Both the position numbers and the translations under genes were made by a program. 64,000 nucleotides of DNA, taken from IMG/VR virus record IMGVR_UViG_3300045988_167643. One strand, 5' to 3'. Below, piece by piece: positions 25,111-34,872 of this stretch. Numbering within the stretch: the stretch's first letter is position 1; each line of letters opens with the position of its first letter. The notes under the pieces were generated by a model. That model worked only from the letters and a program-made list of their open reading frames with translations, was not told the DNA's origin and made no database searches. Origin of the DNA: a virus.

Positions 25111-25409
25111 TAATGAAAGAATATTATAAAGATGAATTTAAGAAATTAATGCAGGAGTATCCTGAAGGTGGAATTGTATTTACAGCAGTTGATGAAAGAA
25201 ATCTTATGGTCACAGATGGTCCGTTTGGTGCAACAGAAGTAATTCCATACGAAGGAGAAGTATTCGATTTTGATTGGAATATTGATGAATACAGAGATGA
25301 TGATTGGTTCACTGTGTATGATAACAATGATGTACTTCAGATGATTCAAACATTAACTAAAGGATTAAAAATTCCGTTAAAAGATGAAGGTTTACATTTT
25401 CTAATCTGA
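25107..25409 (+). CDS. hypothetical protein
   Basis: 100 aa; ATGA overlap. A 7-bp hairpin CTGACAA/TTGTCAG (25406-25423) spans the stop. Confidence 0.5.
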   Translation: MIMKEYYKDEFKKLMQEYPEGGIVFTAVDERNLMVTDGPFGATEVIPYEGEVFDFDWNIDEYRDDDWFTVYDNNDVLQMIQTLTKGLKIPLKDEGLHFLI

Positions 25410-25472
25410 CAAATTCTTGTCAGAAAATCCACGTTTTATTTGAAAATTGAATAGAGAAAAGAGGTAAGTGCA

Positions 25473-25715
25473 ATGAAAATTAAAAACATTAAAGATGTAG
25501 AAACATTTCTTAAAGTAGTAGATGAGTGTAAGGGTGACGTTACTTTAACATCCGTTTACGGAGATAAGTTTAATCTTAAATCTAAATTAACACAGTATAT
25601 AGCAGTTTCTGCTCTAATCGGTGATCATGGCGAAGATCTGGAGCTGTGGTGTACTAGCAAAGAAGATGAAATGAAGTTTTTACAGATGTTTAAAGAAAAT
25701 CCGGAAATGGTGTAA
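25473..25715 (+). CDS. hypothetical protein
   Basis: 80 aa; AAGAGGTAAG RBS. Confidence 0.5.
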   Translation: MKIKNIKDVETFLKVVDECKGDVTLTSVYGDKFNLKSKLTQYIAVSALIGDHGEDLELWCTSKEDEMKFLQMFKENPEMV

Positions 25716-25789
25716 GAGTATTTTAGAAATATATAAAAAATAAGGAGTAGTGAGATTTGCTGCAGCGATAAAATCATGGTTTGCTCCGT

Positions 25790-26572
25790 ATGAAAATGTT
25801 AGAAATAAATAAAATTTATAATGAAGATTGCCTTATTGGATTAAAAAAACTTGACTCAGACATAGTTGATCTTACAGTAACAAGCCCGCCATATGATGAT
25901 TTGAGAAAATATAATGGATATTCATTTGATTTTGATGCAATTTCTTATGAGTTATTCCGTGTAACTAAACCAGGTGGTGTTTTGGTTTGGGTTGTTGGAG
26001 ATAAGACTAAGAATGGATCTGAAACAGGGACCTCGTTTAAACAGGCGTTACAGTTTATGAAAGTTGGATTTAAGTTGCATGATACTATGATTTTTGAAAA
26101 AACCAATCCAATTCCGCAAAATCATAATCGTTACGAGCAATGTTTTGAGTATATGTTTGTATTTAGTAAGGGTAAGCCAAGTACATTTAATCCAATAAAG
26201 GTTCCAACTAAAAATGCCGGAAAAGTGTTTAATTGGGGAGATAGAAAAACTGTTATGGATGATAATCAATGTCGTAGGGACAGGACGACAGATTTATACA
26301 CAGTAAAGTCAGAAAAGATACATAATAATATATTTACGTATAGTATTGGTGGTGGAAAATCAGGGCATCCTGCTGTATTTCCAGAACAATTGGCGAAAGA
26401 TCATATTTTATCATGGTCAAATCCTGGTGATTTAATTCTTGATCCGTTTATTGGAAGCGGAACTACTGCAAAAGCTGCCATTGAGCTTGATAGAAATTAT
26501 ATTGGATTCGAGATTAGTAAAGAATATTGTGATATTGCAGAAGAAAGATTAAGAGGAAGTGAAAAGGTATGA
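25790..26572 (+). CDS. DNA methyltransferase, N6-adenine/N4-cytosine (beta class)
   Basis: Motif IV DLTVTSPPYDD precedes motif I DPFIGSGTTAKAA; no cognate endonuclease recognised. Confidence 0.8.
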   Translation: MKMLEINKIYNEDCLIGLKKLDSDIVDLTVTSPPYDDLRKYNGYSFDFDAISYELFRVTKPGGVLVWVVGDKTKNGSETGTSFKQALQFMKVGFKLHDTMIFEKTNPIPQNHNRYEQCFEYMFVFSKGKPSTFNPIKVPTKNAGKVFNWGDRKTVMDDNQCRRDRTTDLYTVKSEKIHNNIFTYSIGGGKSGHPAVFPEQLAKDHILSWSNPGDLILDPFIGSGTTAKAAIELDRNYIGFEISKEYCDIAEERLRGSEKV

Positions 26573-26853
26573 CAATTAAATCAATGAATCATTTTCAGAA
26601 TGTATGTAAGAACAAATTTGTAGAATGGTATAACAAAAGCAGTTATGCCAATAAAGGACCAAATGACATCCAGGAAATTGGTGTCGATGACGTATTTGTA
26701 AGTTGGTTGTGTAAGACTCCGCAGAACTATAAATGTATTATAGGTACTAGTGCTGCAGCCATCTTAGCAGAATATACGTACAATGGTAATGATGGAGTCT
26801 TATACGAAGGTATTTATAAGAAGATTGTGAATACAAGTCATTCAGTAGAGTAA
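26569..26853 (+). CDS. hypothetical protein
   Basis: 94 aa; ATGA overlap with the methyltransferase. Confidence 0.5.
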   Translation: MTIKSMNHFQNVCKNKFVEWYNKSSYANKGPNDIQEIGVDDVFVSWLCKTPQNYKCIIGTSAAAILAEYTYNGNDGVLYEGIYKKIVNTSHSVE

Positions 26854-26925
26854 CAATAGAATCTGGATTTTATCTGGATTAAAAGATCTGGAAAATTAGA
26901 AGTAAGCAATATCAAACAATAAAGG

Positions 26926-27810
26926 ATGGAAAATAAAATGCAGATTACAGCGAAAAGCTATTTTAGTGGTGCAGGTGGAATGGATCTTGGAATTGAAGAA
27001 GCAGGGATCAATATTCTTGAATCATACGAAATTGATAAGAAATGTTGTGATACGTTAAGAAAAAATTTTAAGCACAAGGTTAACGAAGCTGATATTACTA
27101 AAATTACAGTTCTTGATCAGCAAGATGCAGATGTGTATATTGGAACTTTTCCATGTACAAAATACTCGATTGCTGCAGATATTAATGGTACAAGAACCGG
27201 TGATGATTTATTTCTTCATTTCTTTAGGCATATTGCATTGGCACAACCAGAAATGTATATAGTTGAGAATGTTCCTGGGATGATTAAGTTTAAAGTAGTT
27301 ATGGAGGCGTTGACTAAATTGCCAGATTATTATGTAAGAATTGAATGTCCTGTGAACGCAAATATGTGGCTTCCACAAGAACGTAAGAGATTAATTCTTA
27401 TTGGTAGTAAAAAGCCGTTAACTAATCTTGATTATCCAGATGAAACTCCATTACGACTGAAAGATATTATTCAAACAGATAGTGAAATAAATATTCCGCA
27501 GTATGTGTTAAATCGTATTAATGGTAATTACAGAGATAAACCAATTGTTTCTGATCCTGAATGTGATGATCTTGCACCAACATGTGTAGCACACTATTCA
27601 AAAGATAGAGGAACTAGATTAATTAAAGACGGTAATAGAATCCGACCATATACAGTCAGAGAGTATGCAAGACTACAGGGTTTTCCAGATTGGTTTGAAT
27701 TTTGTGGAAGTGATAGTGATGCTTATAGACAGATTGGTAATGCTGTTGCCGTTCCAATGGGACGCTGGGTTGGAAGTCAGATTGTAAAATATTTTAATGG
27801 AGCGAGGTAA
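26926..27810 (+). CDS. dcm: DNA (cytosine-5)-methyltransferase
   Basis: Motif I FSGAGGMDLG, motif IV GTFPCTKYS, motif VI VENVPG, QERKR, motif X RQIGNAVAVPM. Confidence 0.85.
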   Translation: MENKMQITAKSYFSGAGGMDLGIEEAGINILESYEIDKKCCDTLRKNFKHKVNEADITKITVLDQQDADVYIGTFPCTKYSIAADINGTRTGDDLFLHFFRHIALAQPEMYIVENVPGMIKFKVVMEALTKLPDYYVRIECPVNANMWLPQERKRLILIGSKKPLTNLDYPDETPLRLKDIIQTDSEINIPQYVLNRINGNYRDKPIVSDPECDDLAPTCVAHYSKDRGTRLIKDGNRIRPYTVREYARLQGFPDWFEFCGSDSDAYRQIGNAVAVPMGRWVGSQIVKYFNGAR

Positions 27811-27815
27811 ATAAA

Positions 27816-28064
27816 ATGGAAATTGTACAGATAAAAAATAACCATCTTTATAAAGAGGGTGGAGAAAAAGAATATGGATGTAGATGTAAAAATTGTGGAA
27901 CAAAATTTATTTTTCAGGAGCATGAAGGAAGTGTGCCGAGATGTATAAATCCAAAACCAGAACAATGTAGTATTTACTGCCCAAATTGCAAACAGATTAT
28001 CAGATATAGTGAGTGTACTGAGTTAAAAGGAATATTTGAAAAAGCAGATTTTAAAAGGATATGA
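27816..28064 (+). CDS. zinc-ribbon protein
   Basis: CRCKNCG...CPNC; 82 aa. Confidence 0.5.
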   Translation: MEIVQIKNNHLYKEGGEKEYGCRCKNCGTKFIFQEHEGSVPRCINPKPEQCSIYCPNCKQIIRYSECTELKGIFEKADFKRI

Positions 28065-28072
28065 TGTAATTT

Positions 28073-28456
28073 ATGGGTTGGTTAAAATGTAAGATAAAAA
28101 ATTGGCTTCGAGAAGAAGTATTTAAGGAAGAACTTGAAAATTTCAGATTTATGAAATTACAGTGTATGAACGCATCAGCTCACAGTGATCGCGCATTACA
28201 TGAAGTCGATGAAATGAAATTATTATATCAGTCAATCACTAATGTTGGTGTTGATGTCGATTATAATAGGCATTCTTGGGCTGTTATATGTATTGATGGT
28301 AGACCTGAATATGTAAAATTTGTTGATTTAACTGGAGCTGAAGCACGAGATATAAAAAGTTTTATAAACCGATTTAATAAGAAGAAAGTTATGGTGGATA
28401 GTCCATTTGGAACTGCTTTTAGAGACTATATAGATGGATATGAAATGAGGATTTAA
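28073..28456 (+). CDS. hypothetical protein
   Basis: 127-aa ORF. Confidence 0.55.
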   Translation: MGWLKCKIKNWLREEVFKEELENFRFMKLQCMNASAHSDRALHEVDEMKLLYQSITNVGVDVDYNRHSWAVICIDGRPEYVKFVDLTGAEARDIKSFINRFNKKKVMVDSPFGTAFRDYIDGYEMRI

Positions 28457-28457
28457 T

Positions 28458-28637
28458 GTGAATGCTATTTATGTAATTGATACAGTTGTAAATATCGCAG
28501 GACCGATTGGCTGCGTAGTCTGTGCTGTTAAAGCTCATAAGAGACATAATACATATGCTAGAAATGGTTGGTTTGCAAGTGCAGCTCTTTGGGCAGAAAT
28601 ATTTTTCTTGATGCTTAAATTAGATTTTTGTAGATGA
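28458..28637 (+). CDS. small membrane protein (59 aa, GTG start)
   Basis: Own translation, below track cutoff; hydrophobic IAGPIGCVVCAV and FASAALWAEIFFLML. Confidence 0.3.
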   Translation: MNAIYVIDTVVNIAGPIGCVVCAVKAHKRHNTYARNGWFASAALWAEIFFLMLKLDFCR

Positions 28638-28647
28638 GGTGTGAAAT

Positions 28648-28755
28648 ATGAATAAAGAAAAAAGACCATATATAATTGGGTATGCACCTGATATGGATAT
28701 ATTTTTTATTACTAAAAGAAATACAACATATCTAGTATTCGGAGAAAAAAGATGA
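28648..28755 (+). CDS. small protein (35 aa)
   Basis: GAGGTG RBS; own translation. Confidence 0.3.
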   Translation: MNKEKRPYIIGYAPDMDIFFITKRNTTYLVFGEKR

Positions 28756-28916
28756 TTATTCTTATAATCATTATGGTAATATTATTTATAATTTCATTAG
28801 TTATTTCACATTATGATTCTTATGATAATCCAGAGTCAATTATTTGGCCATCATTAACTATAGTCTGTTTTAGCACCATGATTTTTATTATTATTTTATC
28901 TTTAGTTGTATTATAA
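28752..28916 (+). CDS. small membrane protein (54 aa)
   Basis: ATGA overlap with previous; two TM segments (IILIIIMVILFIISLVI, LTIVCFSTMIFIIILSLVV). Confidence 0.35.
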   Translation: MIILIIIMVILFIISLVISHYDSYDNPESIIWPSLTIVCFSTMIFIIILSLVVL

Positions 28917-28948
28917 ATTGTTTTTTATATAAGGAAAGGATGTAAAAT

Positions 28949-29080
28949 ATGCTATTACTTATAATTAAAATATTGGGATTAATTTGCTCAATAGTTTGCG
29001 CAGTGTATAATTTTAAGTCTAAAGATAAAAAAGACGGTTTTGGAGCTTATGTTACACTTTTTTATGGCTATATACGATAG
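28949..29080 (+). CDS. small membrane protein (43 aa)
   Basis: AAGGAAAGGA RBS; LLLIIKILGLICSIVCAV TM. Confidence 0.35.
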   Translation: MLLLIIKILGLICSIVCAVYNFKSKDKKDGFGAYVTLFYGYIR

Positions 29081-29126
29081 TTTCTTTAAATTGGATAAAA
29101 GAAACATTTTATGGGAGAAAATTGGA

Positions 29127-29492
29127 ATGAAAATAGAAGAATGTAAAGAAATAGTACATAAGTGTAAAAAATTTAGTGGAAACGAATATACTTTGGAAGA
29201 CAAAGATATTTTATTAAATTCAATTAAGATATTAGCCCATATAGATTACTTTAAATGTAGTAGAGATGATCTTATATTTAAAAATAATATCTATTTTAAT
29301 ATAAGTAAAATATCTGAAAATAAATATAGAGTTTATATTTCTACTGTTGTCGATTGTAATGAATTCTTTATTAATTATGACGTATTAAGAGATGTCAAAA
29401 AAATAACCTTAGATAAAGATGAACGTTCAGATATAACTAAAAAAGAAGATGGAAGCTTAGAAATTGTTTTTCAAAAAAATGTAGGTGAATAA
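29127..29492 (+). CDS. hypothetical protein
   Basis: ATG 29127 within track ORF 29040-29492. Confidence 0.5.
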   Translation: MKIEECKEIVHKCKKFSGNEYTLEDKDILLNSIKILAHIDYFKCSRDDLIFKNNIYFNISKISENKYRVYISTVVDCNEFFINYDVLRDVKKITLDKDERSDITKKEDGSLEIVFQKNVGE

Positions 29493-29495
29493 AAA

Positions 29496-29849
29496 TTGAT
29501 AATTAAAAAGGATGTGTCAAAAACATACGAAAGATTATTTGTGCAATCATCAATATTTCTTGGTAACCATATTGGTATTTATGAAAGACCATATATAACA
29601 TTAAGTGCATATAAAGATGCCATTTCAGAATGGTATGGTCCATACGAAATCTATATGCATGTTTGTGGATATGATAACTTTGGTTATGCATATGTTTATA
29701 GAATGCAAAATGAAGAAGATTTTTTTAATATACTGCATGAGCTTATAAATTGGATGAGAGATCATGAGCAAGGAATTACATACTGGGATGATATTATTAG
29801 TGATAATTTATTTCCGGAATTTAGAAATGCTGAGAAGGTGATGTGGTAG
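29496..29849 (+). CDS. hypothetical protein
   Basis: 117 aa; TTG start per track. Confidence 0.5.
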   Translation: MIIKKDVSKTYERLFVQSSIFLGNHIGIYERPYITLSAYKDAISEWYGPYEIYMHVCGYDNFGYAYVYRMQNEEDFFNILHELINWMRDHEQGITYWDDIISDNLFPEFRNAEKVMW

Positions 29850-29851
29850 AT

Positions 29852-30106
29852 ATGAATTTTGGAGTAACAGGTGTTAATCAAAAAGAAGAGTTACTTAAAC
29901 AATTAAAGACTATTTCAGAAGCACTTGATAAGCAAACTGAGAAGAAAGTATCAAAGATGCGTCCTGTTATAGATTTTAATGGAAATGAAGTATATAAACG
30001 TGGAGAATGTCCTGTATGTGGATTTGAATTTAGCTGCTCTAATAATATGAAATACTGCTTTTATTGTGGACAGAAACTTGATTGGAGTGAGAATACAAAA
30101 TGTTAA
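29852..30106 (+). CDS. zinc-ribbon protein
   Basis: CPVCG...CFYCG; ATG 29852 within track ORF. Confidence 0.5.
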   Translation: MNFGVTGVNQKEELLKQLKTISEALDKQTEKKVSKMRPVIDFNGNEVYKRGECPVCGFEFSCSNNMKYCFYCGQKLDWSENTKC

Positions 30107-30393
30107 TACCAACAGTACCGGCTAAAGAATTTAAAAAATTTGGTTTCAAAAAATGTGTAGGAGAGTATGGAAAATCAGAATGTTATTACCTTTGTGTCGC
30201 CAGAGGAACCAAAATGCTTTTCGTGAGTAATAAATATTTTGATGTAAATGCTTGGAGAGACGATGATCCGAGGATTCATAAAAAACCAAATTGCAGATAC
30301 AGAGATAAAAGAACATATCTAGATATTATTTATGAATTGATTAAAGCTGGAATGTTAAAGAGTAAGTTTGATAAGGAGAGCACAAAATGTTAA
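30100..30393 (+). CDS. hypothetical protein
   Basis: 97-aa ORF overlapping neighbours. Confidence 0.5.
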   Translation: MLIPTVPAKEFKKFGFKKCVGEYGKSECYYLCVARGTKMLFVSNKYFDVNAWRDDDPRIHKKPNCRYRDKRTYLDIIYELIKAGMLKSKFDKESTKC

Positions 30394-30734
30394 TTAGAAG
30401 TCAAGATAAAGCATTTTTATTAAATTTTAATAATTTAACTGCAATTTACGTGGAAAAAATTAATAAAGATTTTGCTATTGTATATAACGATTTTGAAGAC
30501 GCGTATACACTTGGAAAATATTCTACAGAAGCAAAAGCCATAAAAGCGCTTGATATGATACAGAAAAGATATGTCGATTATAAAACAACACATACTGTTA
30601 CAAACTGTCTTGCAACAATGTCACTTTTCATTAATGAATCAAACGATATAGATAAAATATATACGAAAGCACAAAATGTTTTAAAAGAAACTGTAGTATT
30701 CCAGATGCCAAATGATAATGAGGTAAAGGTATGA
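30387..30734 (+). CDS. hypothetical protein (paralogue of 2953-3255)
   Basis: 115 aa. Confidence 0.5.
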   Translation: MLIRSQDKAFLLNFNNLTAIYVEKINKDFAIVYNDFEDAYTLGKYSTEAKAIKALDMIQKRYVDYKTTHTVTNCLATMSLFINESNDIDKIYTKAQNVLKETVVFQMPNDNEVKV

Positions 30735-31042
30735 GACTGATAGATGCAGACTTATTAATCGAAGAAATGTCAAAATGGTACTGGGATAAAGAAAGGCAGA
30801 AAGCTACGGAAGAAGATATAAGTCCAATGGACTTGTTTACACATCTTGCAATTACAACTGTTCAGAAACAGCCTACAGCCTATGATGTTAATAGAATTGT
30901 TGAGCAGCTAGAAGAAACAAAGGGTATATATTCCGAACTGTCACTTATATTTAGAGATAATACTGAGATAAAAAAATACATAGGTATGGAACAGGCAATT
31001 GCATTAGCACTTGAAATCGTGAAAGGCGGTGGAGTTGAATGA
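30731..31042 (+). CDS. hypothetical protein
   Basis: 103 aa; ATGA overlap. Confidence 0.5.
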   Translation: MRLIDADLLIEEMSKWYWDKERQKATEEDISPMDLFTHLAITTVQKQPTAYDVNRIVEQLEETKGIYSELSLIFRDNTEIKKYIGMEQAIALALEIVKGGGVE

Positions 31043-31467
31043 GAGAAATTCTTTTCAAGGCAAAGCGGAAAGATGACGGCAAATGGATTGAGGGATATTA
31101 TCAGAAAAGATATGACCTTTTAGGCAATGAAGAACATTTAATCTTCCATGCTGATAGTTATAAAGTGTGGGAATATGCGGAAATTGTTCCAGAAACCCTC
31201 TGCCAGTTCACAGGTCTGACTGGCAAAAACGGAAACAAGATTTGGGAAAATGATATTATCAAATATCATTTCGGAGAAATCTATGCTCCAATCAAATATG
31301 GATATTATCAAAATTGTTTTGATTCTCAGAAAACAGAACATGTCGGATTCTATGTAGATTGGATGGGCAGCAAATGCCTTAGAAAAGATTTAGGATATTG
31401 GATTGACATGGTATACGCTATGCCAGTTGGGAACATTTTTGATAATCCAGAATTTTTTGAACCTTAA
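31039..31467 (+). CDS. YopX-family protein
   Basis: FKAKRKDDGKWIEGY, LCQFTGLTGKNGNKIWENDII and terminal VGNIFDNPE match the YopX pattern. Confidence 0.65.
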   Translation: MREILFKAKRKDDGKWIEGYYQKRYDLLGNEEHLIFHADSYKVWEYAEIVPETLCQFTGLTGKNGNKIWENDIIKYHFGEIYAPIKYGYYQNCFDSQKTEHVGFYVDWMGSKCLRKDLGYWIDMVYAMPVGNIFDNPEFFEP

Positions 31468-31561
31468 AAATGCGATTGCAGAGTATGAAAAAGAAAATTT
31501 TGTGGAAGTAGACGAATCATGGAAAGCTCATTTTATGAGAAGATTTCAAGAGGTGAAGTAG

Positions 31562-31987
31562 ATGGAGAGATTAACACTTGATGAAGCTATTAAACACGCA
31601 AAAGAAGTAGCAGATATGAATTATAATGACGCAGAAAAATTTGACTCAAATGATTCTGTAGAAAATTATATGAAGGCTAATTGTATAAAATGTGCAGAAG
31701 AACATGAGCAACTTGCGGAGTGGCTTGAAGAATTAAAATCTTACAAAGACTTGGAAGAACAGGGCTTGCTTGTGAGATTGCCGTGTAAGGTTGGAGATAC
31801 AATGTATGATATTGTAGGAAAACCTCTTAGAATTGTAGAACACAAAGTGGATGCTTTTCATATTGATAAAAAAGGCTTTCATTTACAAATTATTAACGGA
31901 GTTTTAGAAAAGAAGCAAGAAGCAAAGGTTTATTTTTCTCGTGAAGAAGCTGAGAAGAAATTGGAGAAGATGAAGAATGAAATTTAA
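31562..31987 (+). CDS. hypothetical protein (paralogue of 32192-32482)
   Basis: N-terminal LTLDEAIKHAKE...CAEEHEQLAEWLEELKSYKDLEEQGL is shared with the 32192 ORF. Confidence 0.55.
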   Translation: MERLTLDEAIKHAKEVADMNYNDAEKFDSNDSVENYMKANCIKCAEEHEQLAEWLEELKSYKDLEEQGLLVRLPCKVGDTMYDIVGKPLRIVEHKVDAFHIDKKGFHLQIINGVLEKKQEAKVYFSREEAEKKLEKMKNEI

Positions 31988-32198
31988 AGAATTTGTAAAC
32001 TGGTGCAATGAAAGAGCATGTGACGGATGCTGGGGAACACTGACAGCTATGGCGTGTATTGATTTAATAGGTGAAGTTAAAAAAGTTCCGTTTTGGAAAA
32101 GAGAGAAATTTTGGAAAGAAAATTACGAGCAGCAGGTATTGGAAGAGATTATTAATCCGATAGAGAAGAAGTTAGAGGAGATGAAGAAAAAATGTTAA
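31977..32198 (+). CDS. hypothetical protein
   Basis: 73-aa ORF. Confidence 0.5.
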   Translation: MKFKEFVNWCNERACDGCWGTLTAMACIDLIGEVKKVPFWKREKFWKENYEQQVLEEIINPIEKKLEEMKKKC

Positions 32199-32482
32199 GA
32201 ATAACGCTAGATGAAGCAATTGCTTATGAAGAAGAAATAGTGGAAAGAGCACGTAGCGCTATGAATTTTGAGTCAGTTGATTCTATTGATAATGATATAA
32301 AATCAAATTGCAAAATAATAGAGATACAACATTGGCAACTCATTAAATGGCTGAAAGAACTAAAGTTATATAGAGAGGCAGAAGAAAAAGGGTTAATTAA
32401 GCTAACTTCAAATATTGATAATTTTATATACTGTCCGTATTGTGGAAGAAAATTAGAAAGAAATGAGAAAAATAATGAATAA
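32192..32482 (+). CDS. hypothetical protein (paralogue of 31562-31987)
   Basis: ITLDEAIAYEEE...HWQLIKWLKELKLYREAEEKGL; C-terminal CPYCG. Confidence 0.55.
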   Translation: MLRITLDEAIAYEEEIVERARSAMNFESVDSIDNDIKSNCKIIEIQHWQLIKWLKELKLYREAEEKGLIKLTSNIDNFIYCPYCGRKLERNEKNNE

Positions 32483-32609
32483 TAATACAGTAAGTAAGGT
32501 AGCAGCATGGGTTGGCACTGCAATAGCAATATCTGTAGCGTTATATTTTACAAAAAATCCAATTTGTTTATGGGCATTTGCATTTCCAATGATTGCTATG
32601 GGAGTATAG
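32475..32609 (+). CDS. small membrane protein (44 aa)
   Basis: Own translation; AAWVGTAIAISVALYF and LWAFAFPMIAMGV. Confidence 0.35.
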   Translation: MNNNTVSKVAAWVGTAIAISVALYFTKNPICLWAFAFPMIAMGV

Positions 32610-32635
32610 AATAAACTTTTTATCGGAGATAAATA

Positions 32636-33451
32636 ATGGAAGAATTAAAGAATGAAAAAAAACGTTTTGTTGATAAAATTTATATAATAACTGATGAAAT
32701 GGACTCGTATAGTGGAAACACTGATGTCATTGGATGGTACGACTCTAATGGAAGAAAATATTACAGTCCTGATGAAATTAAGGAACTATACGAAAATGGA
32801 GAGACAGAAAATGTATTTATAGATCCTAGTGGTAAACTAAATATGAGACAAACTTGGTTAGTTTTTAGAGTTGCTTTTACAGTTCAATGCGGCATTCCAT
32901 TTGGGAACTATGATAAATATCCTAATCTATTAGAATACGCTAAGAAAGTTGGAATTGTTGCTAATAATCCAAGACCAATTAAAATGCTTGCAGGTATTAA
33001 AACTGTAAATGAGTATTATGGGGAATATGGTGAAGGTCCAACAGGCACATATAAAATTACATACAAAATAAATGATGATGTTGTTTCTTCATTCAACCAG
33101 GAATATCTGACTAAGATTGCAAATGGATTTATTAATAGAATCACTCAAGATAATAGCTTAATTTCTATATGCAATAAATGCAAATATTATGAGTGGACTC
33201 ATACAATATGTATCTATTTGGTGTCTGAAAAAGACATGGAAAAATCAGAACTAATTAGAGAGTTCAAAGTTTTTGATATGGAATTGTTGATGTTAAAATC
33301 AAATAATTTTACAACTATTATGAATGCTTGTAAAATGGCTTGTCGTGATCAAGGGCAGTATCATTGGATAAAAGAAAAAGGTACTGAGAATGACGAGAAG
33401 AAATCTAATTATTATTGGTATGATAAAACTGGAAAGAAAGAAGAAAAATGA
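32636..33451 (+). CDS. hypothetical protein
   Basis: 271-aa ORF. Confidence 0.6.
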   Translation: MEELKNEKKRFVDKIYIITDEMDSYSGNTDVIGWYDSNGRKYYSPDEIKELYENGETENVFIDPSGKLNMRQTWLVFRVAFTVQCGIPFGNYDKYPNLLEYAKKVGIVANNPRPIKMLAGIKTVNEYYGEYGEGPTGTYKITYKINDDVVSSFNQEYLTKIANGFINRITQDNSLISICNKCKYYEWTHTICIYLVSEKDMEKSELIREFKVFDMELLMLKSNNFTTIMNACKMACRDQGQYHWIKEKGTENDEKKSNYYWYDKTGKKEEK

Positions 33452-33801
33452 AGAATAAGGATAGAATCAAATATACATCAGATCATAGAAAAGCTTTTAG
33501 AAAAATTGAGAAACAGTTATTGGGATATAATACTTTTAGAAGCTTATTTCATGATTTAGATAAAATGTTCTTATATATGTTTTTTGATTATAAGAAAGTA
33601 CGCTATTGGCACAGACTCCATATGCCTCATCATAATGTTAAAGCAAAAACACATTCTGATTTTATACAAATGGTAATTGACTGGGAGTGTGCAAGATATA
33701 CAAAACCAGACAAGCCATTAAATGCTAGAGAGACGTTAGCAAAATTTTATCCAGAATTAACAGATAAGGTATTGCCGGTAATTGAAGAACTTGGATTGTA
33801 A
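33448..33801 (+). CDS. hypothetical protein
   Basis: 117 aa; ATGA overlap; His-rich (HDLDK, HRLHMPHHN), function unclear. Confidence 0.5.
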   Translation: MKNKDRIKYTSDHRKAFRKIEKQLLGYNTFRSLFHDLDKMFLYMFFDYKKVRYWHRLHMPHHNVKAKTHSDFIQMVIDWECARYTKPDKPLNARETLAKFYPELTDKVLPVIEELGL

Positions 33802-33811
33802 AGGAGAATAT

Positions 33812-34156
33812 ATGAGTACAAATTTGATTATCAAAGATCGAGGTACCGGAAAGAGTGCACAGTTACTTTATACAAGCGCAACAACTCAATATCCTATATT
33901 AACCAAAACAAAAGATAGGGCTGTTAATTTGCTAAAAATGGCTGAAGACTTAGACTTGTGTATTCCGGTACCGTTAACTGAGAATGACATTAAATCAAGG
34001 GGAATCAGATTGCCTGAGAATATCCTTGTAGATGAGGGATATGATCTAATCGGTACTGCCCTTAATTATTACCTTGGAACACATGTTGTGGCAGTAACAC
34101 TAACAGATAAACTTAAGGAGAGATACGGTAAAAATGATTATAGCAGCTGCAGTTAA
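33812..34156 (+). CDS. hypothetical protein
   Basis: ATG 33812 after AAAGGAGAATAT; DRGTGKS P-loop-like. Confidence 0.5.
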   Translation: MSTNLIIKDRGTGKSAQLLYTSATTQYPILTKTKDRAVNLLKMAEDLDLCIPVPLTENDIKSRGIRLPENILVDEGYDLIGTALNYYLGTHVVAVTLTDKLKERYGKNDYSSCS

Positions 34157-34400
34157 ATTTTATATTGAGAAAACTGATCAAGAGGTTATCCTATGTGGAT
34201 TGAGACACGATGCTCCATTTAGGCAATTGGCAGCACTTGGTTTTGAACCAAAAGTAGGATACAAAGAACTTGAGCAAGGATTTATAACAACTGATGGAGA
34301 ATTTCTGAATAGAGAACAGGCTTATTATCATGCTGTGAGTTGTAGGCAGATCAAACCTGATGATGGACCGGCTTGGCTCATTTCAGAAATGTTGTGGTAA
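34134..34400 (+). CDS. hypothetical protein
   Basis: 88-aa ORF. Confidence 0.5.
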   Translation: MIIAAAVKFYIEKTDQEVILCGLRHDAPFRQLAALGFEPKVGYKELEQGFITTDGEFLNREQAYYHAVSCRQIKPDDGPAWLISEMLW

Positions 34401-34412
34401 AATTTAGTTTTT

Positions 34413-34679
34413 ATGGAGATTAAAATGTGGAATAGATTTGATTTAAAACAATGGAATAAATATCTTACATATAATCAAAATTTGAATAATGGTATAAATC
34501 TTCCGGAAAAGGATATCCCTGTCCTTATCCACAATTTTGATAACTGCAAATACTATGTAGGAAGATTTTCAAAAGGCATAAATGGTGAACTTAGATTGCA
34601 TTCTTGTGAGACAGGAAATGAGTTTTATTGTTTCTATATAGAATGGCAATATTTTGATATAGGAGACACTTATGAGTAA
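34413..34679 (+). CDS. hypothetical protein
   Basis: 88-aa ORF. Confidence 0.5.
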   Translation: MEIKMWNRFDLKQWNKYLTYNQNLNNGINLPEKDIPVLIHNFDNCKYYVGRFSKGINGELRLHSCETGNEFYCFYIEWQYFDIGDTYE

Positions 34680-34872
34680 AAGAAAATTGACTATTAGCAG
34701 CAAGTACAGAAGTGTTATAAAGAGTGCTTTAATGATTACAACGAAGAAGAGTTTATGAGTTTCTTTAGCAAGGTTATGAAGAAATGCGATGAAGGATATT
34801 CGTTGAATAATGCATTTCGTTATTGCCAGATTGATAAAATCAAAGAAGATATGGGTAAGGAGTTTTTGAAAA

